Shown here in pieces: positions 28,338 through 38,498 of a stretch of DNA of 64,000 bases; the stretch's first letter is position 1; every line of letters starts with the position of its first letter. Below the pieces are notes generated by a model. The model did no database searches. It was not told the DNA's origin and saw only the letters and a list, made by a program, of their open reading frames with translations. The translations under genes were made by a program, and so were the position numbers. Origin of the DNA: an uncultured Methylococcaceae bacterium (lineage in GTDB: Bacteria > Pseudomonadota > Gammaproteobacteria > Methylococcales > Methylomonadaceae); contig CAIZMK010000056.1 of the NCBI GenBank assembly GCA_903934035.1, positions 3,039 to 67,038 of the forward strand, in the 5' to 3' direction.

Positions 28338-29216
28338 GTGAATAAGAACATTGAATCATCAAATGAGCTTGGCAAATTATACGTGGTTGCTACGCCAATA
28401 GGTAATTTAGCTGACATTAGCTATCGAGCCATTGAAACTTTAAAGCAAGTCGATCTGATTGCAGCAGAGGATACTCGCCATGTAATAATGTTGCTACAAC
28501 ATTACGGCATAACCAATAAGTTGGTTTCACTACATCAGCATAATGAAGAAAAATATTCTCACGTATTATTAGATAAATTACGTTCAGGTTTTTCTATTGC
28601 CTTAGTATCAGATGCAGGAACACCTTTATTGAGTGACCCAGGTATGCCGCTGGTTAAGTTGGTCAAAGATGCTGGTTTGGATGTCGTACCTATTCCTGGC
28701 GCATGTGCTTTAATAACTGCTTTATCAGCAGCCGGTTTGCCTGTTACTCAATTTTCATTTGAAGGTTTTTTACCTAGAACCTCATCAGCACGAAAATCGT
28801 TTTTCAAAGAGCGTGTATTGCTAACCAAAACATGGGTGTTTTATGAATCTTGCCATAGAATTTTAGCTACCTTGCAAGATATGGCGGAGATTATTCCTTT
28901 AGATCGTCAAATTGTTATTGCCAGAGAGCTAACAAAATTACATGAAACCATTGTAAAAACCAGTTTAGCCGAGGCATTGGAACTGGTAGAACATGATGAT
29001 AACATGAGAAAAGGAGAGTTTGTGGTTATCGTTGATGGTGCTGTTGAGGATAAAAAAGACAGTGAAATGACAATTGAACAAATAAAATTACTGCAGGTAT
29101 TATTAAAAGAGGTCTCCATTAAGACCGCTGTTGCAATGGCTGTCGAACTGACTGGCGTTAGAAAAAAAATATTGTACCAAGCAGCATTAACGATGAACCA
29201 AGAAAATAAGCTATGA
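28338..29216 (+). CDS. rsmI: 16S rRNA (cytidine1402-2'-O)-methyltransferase
   Basis: LYVVATPIGNLADIS, AAEDTRH, LVSDAGTPLLSDPG, PIPGACA, RELTKLHE. Confidence 0.96.
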   Translation: MNKNIESSNELGKLYVVATPIGNLADISYRAIETLKQVDLIAAEDTRHVIMLLQHYGITNKLVSLHQHNEEKYSHVLLDKLRSGFSIALVSDAGTPLLSDPGMPLVKLVKDAGLDVVPIPGACALITALSAAGLPVTQFSFEGFLPRTSSARKSFFKERVLLTKTWVFYESCHRILATLQDMAEIIPLDRQIVIARELTKLHETIVKTSLAEALELVEHDDNMRKGEFVVIVDGAVEDKKDSEMTIEQIKLLQVLLKEVSIKTAVAMAVELTGVRKKILYQAALTMNQENKL

Positions 29217-29329
29217 CTTTAATGTAATAGCCAAAGTTTAAATTTAATCTGATGAACTGTTTGCTAAATCATACAGGGTAAACTTTGTTTGTTTAGTATT
29301 AACTCAATTATTCCAGTATACTGGCCGTC

Positions 29330-29690
29330 GAAAGAGTTGGCTGGACAGTCGCTGTTTTATCATTAGGATAAGATGGAGGAAAGTCCGGGCTCCATTGGGC
29401 AGAGTGCCAGGTAACGCCTGGGAGGCGCAAGCCTACGGAAAGTGCCGCAGAAAATAGACCGCCTATCTTTAATTTATTATTGATAGGTAAGGGTGAAAAG
29501 GTGCGGTAAGAGCGCACCGCGCAACTGGTAACAGGTGTGGCAGGGTAAACCCCACTCGGAGCAAGATCAAATAGAGGGACAGACGCGTGGCCCGCGCGGT
29601 TCCTGGGTAGATTGCTTGAGCTTTAGGGTGACCTACAGCCTAGATGAATGACTGTTCTCGACAAAACCCGGCTTACAGGCTGACTCTTTC
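29330..29690 (+). ncRNA. rnpB: RNase P RNA (type A)
   Basis: GAGGAAAGTCCGGGCTCC, GGAAAGTGCCGCAGAAA, GGTGCGGTAAGAGCGCACC, AAAACCCGGCTTA; paired ends GAAAGAGTTGG / CTGACTCTTTC. Confidence 0.97.
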
Positions 29691-30305
29691 TTTTTATTAT
29701 TTCTTATAATCAATATTTAGGATTATTTGTAAGCATTCGCTTTAAGCTTTGAATGTTTTGACATCTTTAATCTAATCCCTCACTTGGCATTACACACTGA
29801 CAAGCTTAGCTTTATTCACAAGTTTGTAATCGCTTCACACGCTCTTTTTAAACAATAAACATCGTGTTTACTATTGCAAACCATCATATATCAAAATCCA
29901 TCGCGCTAAGATCTCTTATAAGGTTTATGCATTGTGCCCCCTCACACTGTTATCGTTAATACTCGGGATCTATTAGCTTTACTTGCCTAATGGAAATGTC
30001 TATGTAGGTGTCGAATGTGAATAAGTCGATGTCGATCGTAATCTATAAACCAATCGTAATATAGGGACATGTCGCGACCAGTCTCTATGGTGTTAAATAT
30101 AATGATAGTGCGCTTTCCGTTTGCCTATGTACTTGAACTTGAACTTGCTCATGACCTTAATCAGTTATTACCCATTAAACATTGCATCCTCTAAAAAGCT
30201 AATTGAATTCACTAAATAATCCATATATTAGTTTAGCTAAACATTAGCAACGTTTATGGTTTAGTACACCATCATGTTATTATCATTATTTTTTTGCGTT
30301 TATAC

Positions 30306-31703
30306 ATGCCTGATAACTACTCTCTCGATCGCGACTATTCACTAGATGCTCTAAAGGTTCCACCTAATTCAATTCAAGCTGAGCAATCGGTATTAGGTGG
30401 ACTTATGTTAGATAATCAAACTTGGGATTCTATCGCTGACAAAGTTGTTGAAATTGATTTTTATCGCCGTAGTCATCAACTTATTTTCAGAAAAATAGAA
30501 GAGCTCGCAGAAAAACAAATACCTTTTGATGTTATTACCTTATCCGACGCACTAAAGGCTATAGGTGAACTAGAAAATGTAGGCGGTTTAGCATATTTGA
30601 TTATGCTGGCCAAAGACACACCAAGTGCAGCTAATATAACTGCTTATGCAAATATTGTTAGAGATCGATCTGTTCTAAGGCAGCTGATACACATTGGCAC
30701 TCAAATATCTGATTCTGCGTTCCAAACTGAAGGTCGAGATACTGCTGAACTACTAGAAAATGCTGAACGCCAAGTTTTTCAAATTGCTGAACAACGCCAA
30801 CGGGGGCAGGGTGGCGGCTTTATTCCCATCAAATCTCTATTAGCTAATGCTGTTGATAAAATTGAAACTCTATTTGAACAAGAAGGTGCGATCACTGGAG
30901 CGGGCACTGGATTTACTGATTTTGATGAACTAACTTCCGGCCTTCAACCTGCTGACTTAATCATAGTTGCTGGAAGACCCTCTATGGGCAAAACCACTAT
31001 TGCCATGAATATGGCTGAAAATATTGCCCTTAAAGCCAACAAACCCGTCGCTGTATTCAGTATGGAAATGCCAGGTGATTCTTTAGCAATGCGTATGATG
31101 TCTTCTTTAGGGCGCATCGATCAGCACAAAGTTAGAACGGGCAAACTGGATGATGATGATTGGCCACGATTAACCTCAGCAATTAATCTACTAGCTGGTA
31201 CTCAATTATTCATTGATGATTCCCCTGCATTAACCCCCACAGAGGTTAGAGCTCGAGCTAGAAGGCTTGCACGTGAACATGGTCAATTAGGTTTAATTGT
31301 TGTTGATTATTTGCAATTGATGCAATCTCCTTCTAGTGGTGAAAATCGAGTACAACAAATTTCTGATATCTCTAGAGGCCTAAAAGCCCTAGCAAAAGAA
31401 CTCAATGTGCCTGTGGTTGCTTTATCACAGCTCAATCGTAACTTAGAACAACGTCCTAATAAACGTCCAGTGATGTCTGATTTAAGAGACTCAGGTGCAA
31501 TTGAGCAAGATGCTGATTTAATAGTTTTTGTTTATCGTGATGAAGTTTATAACGAAGACAGTCCTGATAAGGGCATAGCTGAAATCATTATTGGCAAACA
31601 ACGTAATGGCCCTTTAGGAACAGTTAGACTGACCTTTTTGGGACAATACACACGCTTTGAAAATTTTACAGGGACTTCTTATGGCTCTGGAGACTATGAA
31701 TGA
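30306..31703 (+). CDS. dnaB: Replicative DNA helicase (probable ATG 30306; ORF track starts at 30294)
   Basis: PPNSIQAEQSVLGG, IVAGRPSMGKTT, VVDYLQLM, SQLNRNLEQR, DLRDSGAIEQDAD. Confidence 0.97.
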   Translation: MPDNYSLDRDYSLDALKVPPNSIQAEQSVLGGLMLDNQTWDSIADKVVEIDFYRRSHQLIFRKIEELAEKQIPFDVITLSDALKAIGELENVGGLAYLIMLAKDTPSAANITAYANIVRDRSVLRQLIHIGTQISDSAFQTEGRDTAELLENAERQVFQIAEQRQRGQGGGFIPIKSLLANAVDKIETLFEQEGAITGAGTGFTDFDELTSGLQPADLIIVAGRPSMGKTTIAMNMAENIALKANKPVAVFSMEMPGDSLAMRMMSSLGRIDQHKVRTGKLDDDDWPRLTSAINLLAGTQLFIDDSPALTPTEVRARARRLAREHGQLGLIVVDYLQLMQSPSSGENRVQQISDISRGLKALAKELNVPVVALSQLNRNLEQRPNKRPVMSDLRDSGAIEQDADLIVFVYRDEVYNEDSPDKGIAEIIIGKQRNGPLGTVRLTFLGQYTRFENFTGTSYGSGDYE

Positions 31704-32815
31704 CCTCTCCAGCGTATGCAATCGTTAATTTGAAAGCCTTACAACACAATTATCAAATTGTTCGACAATACGCCCCTAATTCAAAGATCATGCCTGTTAT
31801 TAAAGCAAACGCTTATGGTCATGGAATGCTACGTGTCGCTACTACATTAGAATCAGCAGATGCTTTTGCTGTAGCTCGTGTAGATGAAGGAGTGCGCTTG
31901 AGAAAAGCTGGAATAAAAAACAAAATAACTGTTTTGGAAGGTTTCAGTTGTATCAATGAACTTGATGCACTTTTGGCTCATCAACTCGATACTGTTATTC
32001 ACTCCCTCACACAGTTAGATATGCTCGAAGCAAGAAAGGATATAAATGTTTGCACTATATGGTTGAAACTTGATACTGGAATGAATCGATTAGGATTCCA
32101 ACCTGCTGAATTTGTTAACGCTTACAAACGGTTAAATGACTGTCAGTTAATACAAGGCGACATCATTTTAATGACGCATTTAGCAAATGCTGATGATAAA
32201 CATGACAATACAACCGTAAAGCAAATTAATCTATTCACTAATACTTTTGAATCAATATTAGCTGAACAAGGAATAAATAATGAACAAAATCTCTCTAGCA
32301 TTGCAAATTCTGCTGGTATTTTAGCGTGGCCTAACTCATTAACTGATTGGATACGTCCTGGCATTATGCTTTATGGCATATCACCATTTCCTGTAAATAC
32401 TGGTGAACACTTTAATTTGAAGCCCGTAATGAGCCTACATTCGCGACTGATTGCTATCAAGTCTTTAGAAAAAGGCGATAAGGTTGGTTATTCAGGAACT
32501 TGGATCTGCCCAAAACCAACAAGACTAGGCATTGTTGCTATTGGTTATGGCGATGGTTATCCACGTCACGCAAAAGCAGGTACACCAGTTTTGGTTAATG
32601 GTTTACGCGTTCCTTTGATTGGCAGAGTATCTATGGACATGATTACAGTCGATCTTAATAGCCAACCTGAATCTATGACAGGTGATCCTGTTACGCTATG
32701 GGGTAATGGTTTAGCTATTGAAGAGATTGCAAATTACGCAGATACTATTCCGTATACTTTAGTGTGTGGAATAACTCAACGTGTGCGTTTTGTTGAGAAA
32801 ACAATAATAAACTAA
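31700..32815 (+). CDS. alr: Alanine racemase
   Basis: PVIKANAYGHG (PLP lysine), KLDTGMNRLG, IRPGIMLYG, GYGDGYPR, GRVSMDM; overlaps the dnaB stop. Confidence 0.96.
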   Translation: MTSPAYAIVNLKALQHNYQIVRQYAPNSKIMPVIKANAYGHGMLRVATTLESADAFAVARVDEGVRLRKAGIKNKITVLEGFSCINELDALLAHQLDTVIHSLTQLDMLEARKDINVCTIWLKLDTGMNRLGFQPAEFVNAYKRLNDCQLIQGDIILMTHLANADDKHDNTTVKQINLFTNTFESILAEQGINNEQNLSSIANSAGILAWPNSLTDWIRPGIMLYGISPFPVNTGEHFNLKPVMSLHSRLIAIKSLEKGDKVGYSGTWICPKPTRLGIVAIGYGDGYPRHAKAGTPVLVNGLRVPLIGRVSMDMITVDLNSQPESMTGDPVTLWGNGLAIEEIANYADTIPYTLVCGITQRVRFVEKTIIN

Positions 32816-32856
32816 CTATATATTGAAACGTAGAGAAATGATGAATATCTTTAGAA

Positions 32857-32888
32857 AATAGCCCTATGACTTATTCAATAGGGCTATT
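32857..32888. terminator. Hairpin between convergent alr and the small secreted protein gene
   Basis: AATAGCCCTAT-N10-ATAGGGCTATT, 11-bp perfect stem. Confidence 0.6.
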
Positions 32889-32896
32889 GAACTTAA

Positions 32897-33283
32897 TTAA
32901 ATTAAGCTTTTTAATGCTTCGAAATCTTTCTTAGCATCTTTCAATTCTTGTTCAGCTTCTTGTAAAGCTGATTCTTTAGCATGTGACATAGCAGATTTTA
33001 ATTTTCTGTTTGCTTTTGCACGTGCATTATCTACTTTATCATTGGCATTAATTTCTTTGCTCAAATCAATTGCTGGCTTTATAAGAGCTGCTGCTTCTTC
33101 ATTAGAAGCACCTTTTGAAATTCCTTCTATTGCAGCTTGGATTTTAGCTGCAACCATATCGATTGCTTCGGCTGGCTTATAAGTAATTCTGCCTGGATCT
33201 GACTCAGCAAAAGTTGATGTAGAAATTACTGCCATAGCTGTTGCCATTAATAAAGATAGCAAAGTTTTTTTCAAGGTATTCAT
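32897..33283 (-). CDS. Small secreted all-helical hypothetical protein
   Basis: Sec-type signal MNTLKK...STFA|ESD; Ala/Lys/Glu-rich amphipathic helices. Confidence 0.85.
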   Translation of the reverse strand: MNTLKKTLLSLLMATAMAVISTSTFAESDPGRITYKPAEAIDMVAAKIQAAIEGISKGASNEEAAALIKPAIDLSKEINANDKVDNARAKANRKLKSAMSHAKESALQEAEQELKDAKKDFEALKSLI

Positions 33284-33480
33284 ATTTAACTAACCTTTAA
33301 GTTGTTGTTATTTTAATTGTACTAAATAATCAAAAGATTATTTATCGAATTAATTCTAGCATACTTTGTAAGTAATTAGTCTACAAAGCTATTAAAATTA
33401 AAAATTTGAGTGGATTATTATTCATAAAGACAACATCAGACTCAGTATATATCGAAGCCTGATGTTATTTTATAAATTAA

Positions 33481-33864
33481 TTAATGAGTTTTATCGTAAG
33501 TAGCTTTCATTTCTGAAAATGACTTTAAAGCTGTTGCTAAACCAGTTTCTGCAGCAACTGCATCGCCTGCTTCTACAGATTTACGAGCTGCTTTAAGTAT
33601 ATCTGTCGCTTTTTGACGTTGACGCTCTGTAATTTCAAAACGAAATTCTTTTGAAGCTTGAGAAGCTTCTAAAATTGTTTTAGAGGCACCCGGTAAGTCA
33701 CCAGCTTTGATTTCCGCTTGTGCTGCAGCAATACCAGAAAGAGTGTTTTCAATCGCTTCTTTTACCGCAGCTTCACCTTTAGGCTCAGCCATTGCATTTG
33801 TAGATAAGGCCGCTACTGAAGCCGCCATTAGAACTGTTGTTAATACTTTATTTATTGAACGCAT
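33481..33864 (-). CDS. Small secreted all-helical hypothetical protein, apparent paralogue of 32897-33283
   Basis: Signal MRSINK...NAMA|EPK; EAIENTLSGIAAA aligns by eye with EAIDMVAAKIQAA, and ASKEF with LSKEI. Confidence 0.85.
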   Translation of the reverse strand: MRSINKVLTTVLMAASVAALSTNAMAEPKGEAAVKEAIENTLSGIAAAQAEIKAGDLPGASKTILEASQASKEFRFEITERQRQKATDILKAARKSVEAGDAVAAETGLATALKSFSEMKATYDKTH

Positions 33865-34263
33865 TATTTAATAAACCTTATATTGATATTTAAATTAAAT
33901 TATAACTAACCATAAAAACAGACTTATCAATGAATGACTACTCGGCTAATATCCTAGTTAACGCGCAGAATTTTAACACAAAAATTAAAATTAAAAGAAA
34001 ATGTTACAAACCTGTGAACATAAATAATTTTTAAAATTAAACAATCTAAATTTACATCATTCAAAGTAACTTTTATTCATTTTCATTTTCAAATTTAATT
34101 ATCAATAATTCAAGACTTTTATTCCAACTTTTCAAATATGTTCAATTCATTATTAAGATAATGTTTCAAAAATTAACTCGCGAATTCAACTTATTAATTT
34201 ATTTATACCTTATTTTTTTAGAAATCTTTATATTCTTATTATATTTATTACTATTTTCTTTCC

Positions 34264-34303
34264 AAAAAAAAACCCCCACTACCAAAAGGCAGCGGGGGTT
34301 TTC
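34264..34303 (-). terminator. Rho-independent terminator of pmoCAB
   Basis: Minus strand AAAACCCCCGCTGCC-TTTT-GGTAGTGGGGG followed by a long T run, about 40 bp after the pmoB stop. Confidence 0.88.
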
Positions 34304-34344
34304 AATTCCTTAACAAACTATTGACTAGCTTGTTAATTACTTCA

Positions 34345-35589
34345 TTAGATGAAAGTTGGAATTAATGGAGCATCGATAGTTACCAATTGACGGTTACCAG
34401 CTGCATCCCAGAAGAATAACAAACCAGCAAAACGGCTATCTGGATCATAGATCAAGTCAGCTAAACGGTAAACTTCCCATGCAGCGTCAGACGCAGTTAC
34501 TTGAACTGTTCTTTTTTGACCAGGAGCAAGTGGGCTGTTATCACTAACAGTCAAACCTTCTTCAGCCAATAAATCATCAGGATAACCTGATTCGTCTTGA
34601 GCAACATTAGCATCCATAAAACGTACACCAGCAGTGTTGAATTCGCCTAAACGAACTGCTGAATCACCATTGTTAGTGATAGTCATGGTCATTTGCATTG
34701 CACGACCTGGTACACGGTAAGTAGCATCTTCAATCTTAACAGCAACTGTTGGTACAGGCATTTCGATTGATTTAATACCACGTAACAAACCAGCTTGTAA
34801 AGGAGTCGTAATAGGGAACTTCTCGTTAGTGCTACCCATAGAAGCGGCAACGATAGCGATAGCACCTACTGCGAAACCTAACGCAACTTTACGGTCAGCA
34901 CCAGTGATTAATGAATCAGCTTTGCCAGCGTCAACAGCAATCAAACGTGGAACGAACATTGGTTTACGTGCCCAGTATGCTACCCAAAGGATACCAAAAC
35001 CATACCAAAAAGCATGCCAGAAATAAGTGTTGCTTAAGTTATAGTTTTCTAAGTCAACAGTTTCGCCAGTCAAAGTAGTGATTGGGTTAACAAATGAAGA
35101 CATAGAACCAGTAACAGTTACCCATTTACCTGGACCAATGATTGGACCACCGCCTTTTACGTTCAACATAGTGTGAACGTGCCAGTCACCTGGACGACGA
35201 GCTTTCAACAATACTTTAAACTCATAAGTCTCACCAAGTTCTAAAGAAACTGAACGTGGAACTAATTGACCACCGATCCAAGATCCTGCACGAATAAATA
35301 CAGGACCAGGAATACCGATGTTCAAGAAAGAGATTTCGGGTTTATCAACAGTTTCAGGCCATCCAGTAAATACGAAGAATTTACCTGAAATTGTCATTGT
35401 ATCATTAACTGGAACTTCTTCTTTTGACCAGTTTAGGTCAAACCAGTGAATAGTACGCATACGCATGAATGCCGCTTGCGACTTTTCACCATGAGCAGAT
35501 GCAGTTGGTGTGTAAAACATCGCTGCTGTCATAGTAATCAGCAGTGCGACAAAGGATAATTTAGCAACCTTGTCTTTTAATATTTTCAT
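34345..35589 (-). CDS. pmoB: Particulate methane monooxygenase subunit B
   Basis: Signal peptide then HGEKSQAAFMRMRTIHW, GDWHVHT (CuB His33/137/139), YDPDSRFAGLLFF. Confidence 0.99.
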   Translation of the reverse strand: MKILKDKVAKLSFVALLITMTAAMFYTPTASAHGEKSQAAFMRMRTIHWFDLNWSKEEVPVNDTMTISGKFFVFTGWPETVDKPEISFLNIGIPGPVFIRAGSWIGGQLVPRSVSLELGETYEFKVLLKARRPGDWHVHTMLNVKGGGPIIGPGKWVTVTGSMSSFVNPITTLTGETVDLENYNLSNTYFWHAFWYGFGILWVAYWARKPMFVPRLIAVDAGKADSLITGADRKVALGFAVGAIAIVAASMGSTNEKFPITTPLQAGLLRGIKSIEMPVPTVAVKIEDATYRVPGRAMQMTMTITNNGDSAVRLGEFNTAGVRFMDANVAQDESGYPDDLLAEEGLTVSDNSPLAPGQKRTVQVTASDAAWEVYRLADLIYDPDSRFAGLLFFWDAAGNRQLVTIDAPLIPTFI

Positions 35590-35679
35590 ATATCCTCCTC
35601 TATAATAGAGAATCTATTGTTCTTAGAGTATCTAACGATAAATAATTATCATCAGTCTTTTATTTTCGATGTAACAATC

Positions 35680-36423
35680 TTATGCAGCTTCTACGAAAGC
35701 GGTGCTTCCGAACCATTTGCCGAAGAAATGCCACAAGAAGTATATTAAGATACTCACGAAACCAGAGAAGAACGCTGATACTGGAGCAACGTCTTTACCG
35801 AATGTTCTTAATGTACCTTTTTCTACCATTCTGATATATTCAGGAGTACCAGTTCTAACATAGTGGTAACCTTGTAAATCAGCTAAAGTCATCATCATGC
35901 CATTATATTCTACTGGCACGTGTAATGGAGCAATAACAGGCCAGTTACCTGGGTAGAACAATAAGCCATAAGCTAATCCACCGATAACAGCAGTTACAGT
36001 CATACTACCTGACAACATCAACACAACATCAAGAACAATAGCGCCTGGCATTAAGTTAGATGGAAATACGAAATTCACTGGGAAATAAGTCCAACCCCAG
36101 AAATTTAAGTATCTGTTGATCCACTCACCTAAAAGAAGACCTAAAATACAAACTACCGCACCGAAAGGTAAACGGTATCTCCACCACAATACAGCTTGAA
36201 CAGCAGCTGGGAAAGTGATAGAAACGATTGGAGCTACAGTTACCCATAGACGTCTATCTTTCCAATCAGTCCAGAAATCCCAGTCACCACCGGTTAACAT
36301 ATAGTGAATGTGATAACCACCAAGTACAACGAAGAACAATGTAAACAAAATTAGCCAATCGAACGTGCGAGAAGCTTTTACTGCTTCAGCGCGTGAACGT
36401 ACAGCTGATTGAGATGCGCTCAT
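35680..36423 (-). CDS. pmoA: Particulate methane monooxygenase subunit A (true start ATG 36423, 247 aa)
   Basis: MSASQSAVRSRAEA, GGDWDFWTDWKDRRLW, YVRTGTPEYIRMVEKGTLRTFGKDV; GGAGG RBS before 36423. Confidence 0.99.
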   Translation of the reverse strand: MSASQSAVRSRAEAVKASRTFDWLILFTLFFVVLGGYHIHYMLTGGDWDFWTDWKDRRLWVTVAPIVSITFPAAVQAVLWWRYRLPFGAVVCILGLLLGEWINRYLNFWGWTYFPVNFVFPSNLMPGAIVLDVVLMLSGSMTVTAVIGGLAYGLLFYPGNWPVIAPLHVPVEYNGMMMTLADLQGYHYVRTGTPEYIRMVEKGTLRTFGKDVAPVSAFFSGFVSILIYFLWHFFGKWFGSTAFVEAA

Positions 36424-36541
36424 TAGCTTACCTCCTAAAGGATTTGAATTATTTTTATTAATGACTATCATGCCTCTTTGCTGTTTCACCTTGAAACAGG
36501 GTGAAACAGCGAGGAGATAGCAATTACAACCAAGACTTAGA

Positions 36542-37294
36542 TTATGCTAAGTCTTTTTTCAGAAGTTTAGCAATAGCTTGAACTTCTATGTTTACAACAC
36601 CTAATACACCTAAAGCAGCCCATCCGAAGAATACGAAACCGTAGTGTAAAGGAGCAACAAACAACTCTTCCATAAACCAGAAAGTGTGACCCCATTCGTT
36701 CAAGCCAACATTTGGCAAGATCATGAAAGGACCAACTACTGATACTAAGTATTGAAGAGACAAGCCTTTTTGATAGGTTGGCAATCTTGTTTTAGCATAT
36801 AAGAAAGCTGCACCACCAGTGATGATATAGATAGGATAGCTCAAGTAGAATTCGATGATGTGACTTGGTGTAAAGTCTGTATCACGAACGATAGTTTGAT
36901 GCCAAGTACCATCTTGCTCAGTGAAGTAGCTAGCACCATAATAAATAGCCCAAGCGTACATTACTAACCAAGTCCAATGTGTAAAATGTCTTCTCAACTC
37001 TTCTCTTGGAGTGATTGACATAACTTTACGATCACGTGATTTCCAAAGGTAACCCCACAGAATACCTGCAGTAGATACTTCTAAAACGAATTCGATATAT
37101 AGGAAGTTCATCCAATAAGTTTCGAATTCTGGTGCGAATGAATCTAGACCAGCTGACCAGCCATAAACGCCTTCGTACCAACGTACCCAACCGTAAAACA
37201 AGATATAGACCAAAGAGCCTAATACCATATTTCTTACATTTAACAGCGGTGCTTCCGCAGCATCAGTTTTCACTGATTCAGTTGTAGCTGCCAT
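36542..37294 (-). CDS. pmoC: Particulate methane monooxygenase subunit C
   Basis: WSAGLDSFAPEFETYW, EQDGTWHQTIVRDTDFTPSH, LPNVGLNEWGHTFWFMEELFVAPLH. Confidence 0.99.
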   Translation of the reverse strand: MAATTESVKTDAAEAPLLNVRNMVLGSLVYILFYGWVRWYEGVYGWSAGLDSFAPEFETYWMNFLYIEFVLEVSTAGILWGYLWKSRDRKVMSITPREELRRHFTHWTWLVMYAWAIYYGASYFTEQDGTWHQTIVRDTDFTPSHIIEFYLSYPIYIITGGAAFLYAKTRLPTYQKGLSLQYLVSVVGPFMILPNVGLNEWGHTFWFMEELFVAPLHYGFVFFGWAALGVLGVVNIEVQAIAKLLKKDLA

Positions 37295-37419
37295 TTCTAC
37301 CTCCTAAAAATTAACAAATCCTCAATCTAATGACTAAGGCTCTATAGTATATTTCCATTTTCTCATTTATTCTTGTTTAACAAGAAGTCAATGCCACCAA
37401 GTCAATTTAGTGAGCGATC

Positions 37420-37447
37420 AGTCTACCAGCTCAATCATCCTTGTCAA
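37420..37447 (-). promoter_or_regulatory. Sigma70 promoter of pmoCAB
   Basis: Minus strand TTGACA-N16-TAGACT with TG(n) extended -10, about 125 bp upstream of pmoC. Confidence 0.75.
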
Positions 37448-37588
37448 GTCAAAAACCTATTGAAATATTATTTTTATTCGATAATTTTAAGTAATATTGA
37501 ATGGGTAGTTTTAAACTAATTCAATATTAGTACTTTAGAAGCAACTAGCTTTTTTTAACGTAATATAGCTGTCACAATTTTTTCCAAT

Positions 37589-38434
37589 CTACATCTCATT
37601 TTGCTCATATTTACGCCTAATAGCGTCTTCACGCGCATCATTAATTTCTCTTATTACACTTTTTACATCAACATGCTTCACATTTGGCTTAAAGCTTCCT
37701 GTTAACAAGCAGTCTGGCTTCAAATTTCCACTTTCATAGATATGCCAAATTTCTTTGCCATAATTAGTTGTTAAGATCTCTGGTGCATATCGCCCGAAAT
37801 AATCTGCTAAATTATTTACATCACGCTCTAGCATAATAGATGCATTATTATTTGCTGCTGCATCGACTGCCTGTGGCAAGTCTATGATAACGGGTCCATT
37901 TGCATCTACTAATATGTTGAACTCTGATAAATCTCCATGAACAAGGCCCGCACAAAGCATCTTTACGACATCCCTAATAAGGATACTATGGTATTCAATG
38001 GCTAACTCTTGACTCAATGCTATATCGTTAAGCCTTGGCGCTGCAGCACCTTGATCATCTACAATCAACTCCATAAGTAAAACACCTTCAATAAAATTAT
38101 ATGGCTGCGGTACTCGCACTCCAGCTTCTGATAACTTATATAAGGCCTCAACTTCTGCATTTTGCCAAACTTCTTCTTGTTGCTTTCGACCAAACTTTGA
38201 ATTCTTTTCCATTGCCCTAGCTTGACGACTATTCCGCACTTTCCTGCCTTCTTGATATAAAGCTTGCTTATGAAACCCTCGCTTATTTACGTCTTTATAT
38301 ACTTTCGCACAACGAATTTCTCCTTCTGATTGCACTACATATACAATAGCCTCTTTACCACTTTTCAGTGGCCGAATCACCTTTTCAACAAGCCCTTCAC
38401 GCACTAGCGTTTCTAGACTTTTTGGCGTTTTCAT
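37589..38434 (-). CDS. RIO1-family atypical serine kinase
   Basis: LKSGKEAIVYVV, CAKVYK, LVHGDLSEFNIL, IIDLPQAVD. Confidence 0.92.
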   Translation of the reverse strand: MKTPKSLETLVREGLVEKVIRPLKSGKEAIVYVVQSEGEIRCAKVYKDVNKRGFHKQALYQEGRKVRNSRQARAMEKNSKFGRKQQEEVWQNAEVEALYKLSEAGVRVPQPYNFIEGVLLMELIVDDQGAAAPRLNDIALSQELAIEYHSILIRDVVKMLCAGLVHGDLSEFNILVDANGPVIIDLPQAVDAAANNNASIMLERDVNNLADYFGRYAPEILTTNYGKEIWHIYESGNLKPDCLLTGSFKPNVKHVDVKSVIREINDAREDAIRRKYEQNEM

Positions 38435-38498
38435 ACGTTACTCCTTTAAAAGCTTTACTTATTTAATCAATACATCACTTAAAAAAGCCTAAATTCTA

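Noticed and set aside
29700-30290. 600-bp gap between rnpB and dnaB as a hidden gene or ncRNA
   Set aside because: In the part I translated by hand only very short ORFs appeared, the ORF track has none, and apart from one degenerate REP (about 30060-30090) I recognised no RNA motif.
36424-36489. 22-aa N-terminal extension of PmoA in the ORF track
   Set aside because: Canonical MSASQSAVRS start with a GGAGG RBS at 36423; the extension is simply open intergenic frame.
37385-37452. Repeated (A)GTCAA motifs around the pmoC promoter as a copper-regulator site
   Set aside because: Only 5-8 bp matches, one is the -35 itself, spacing is irregular, and I cannot assign a regulator.
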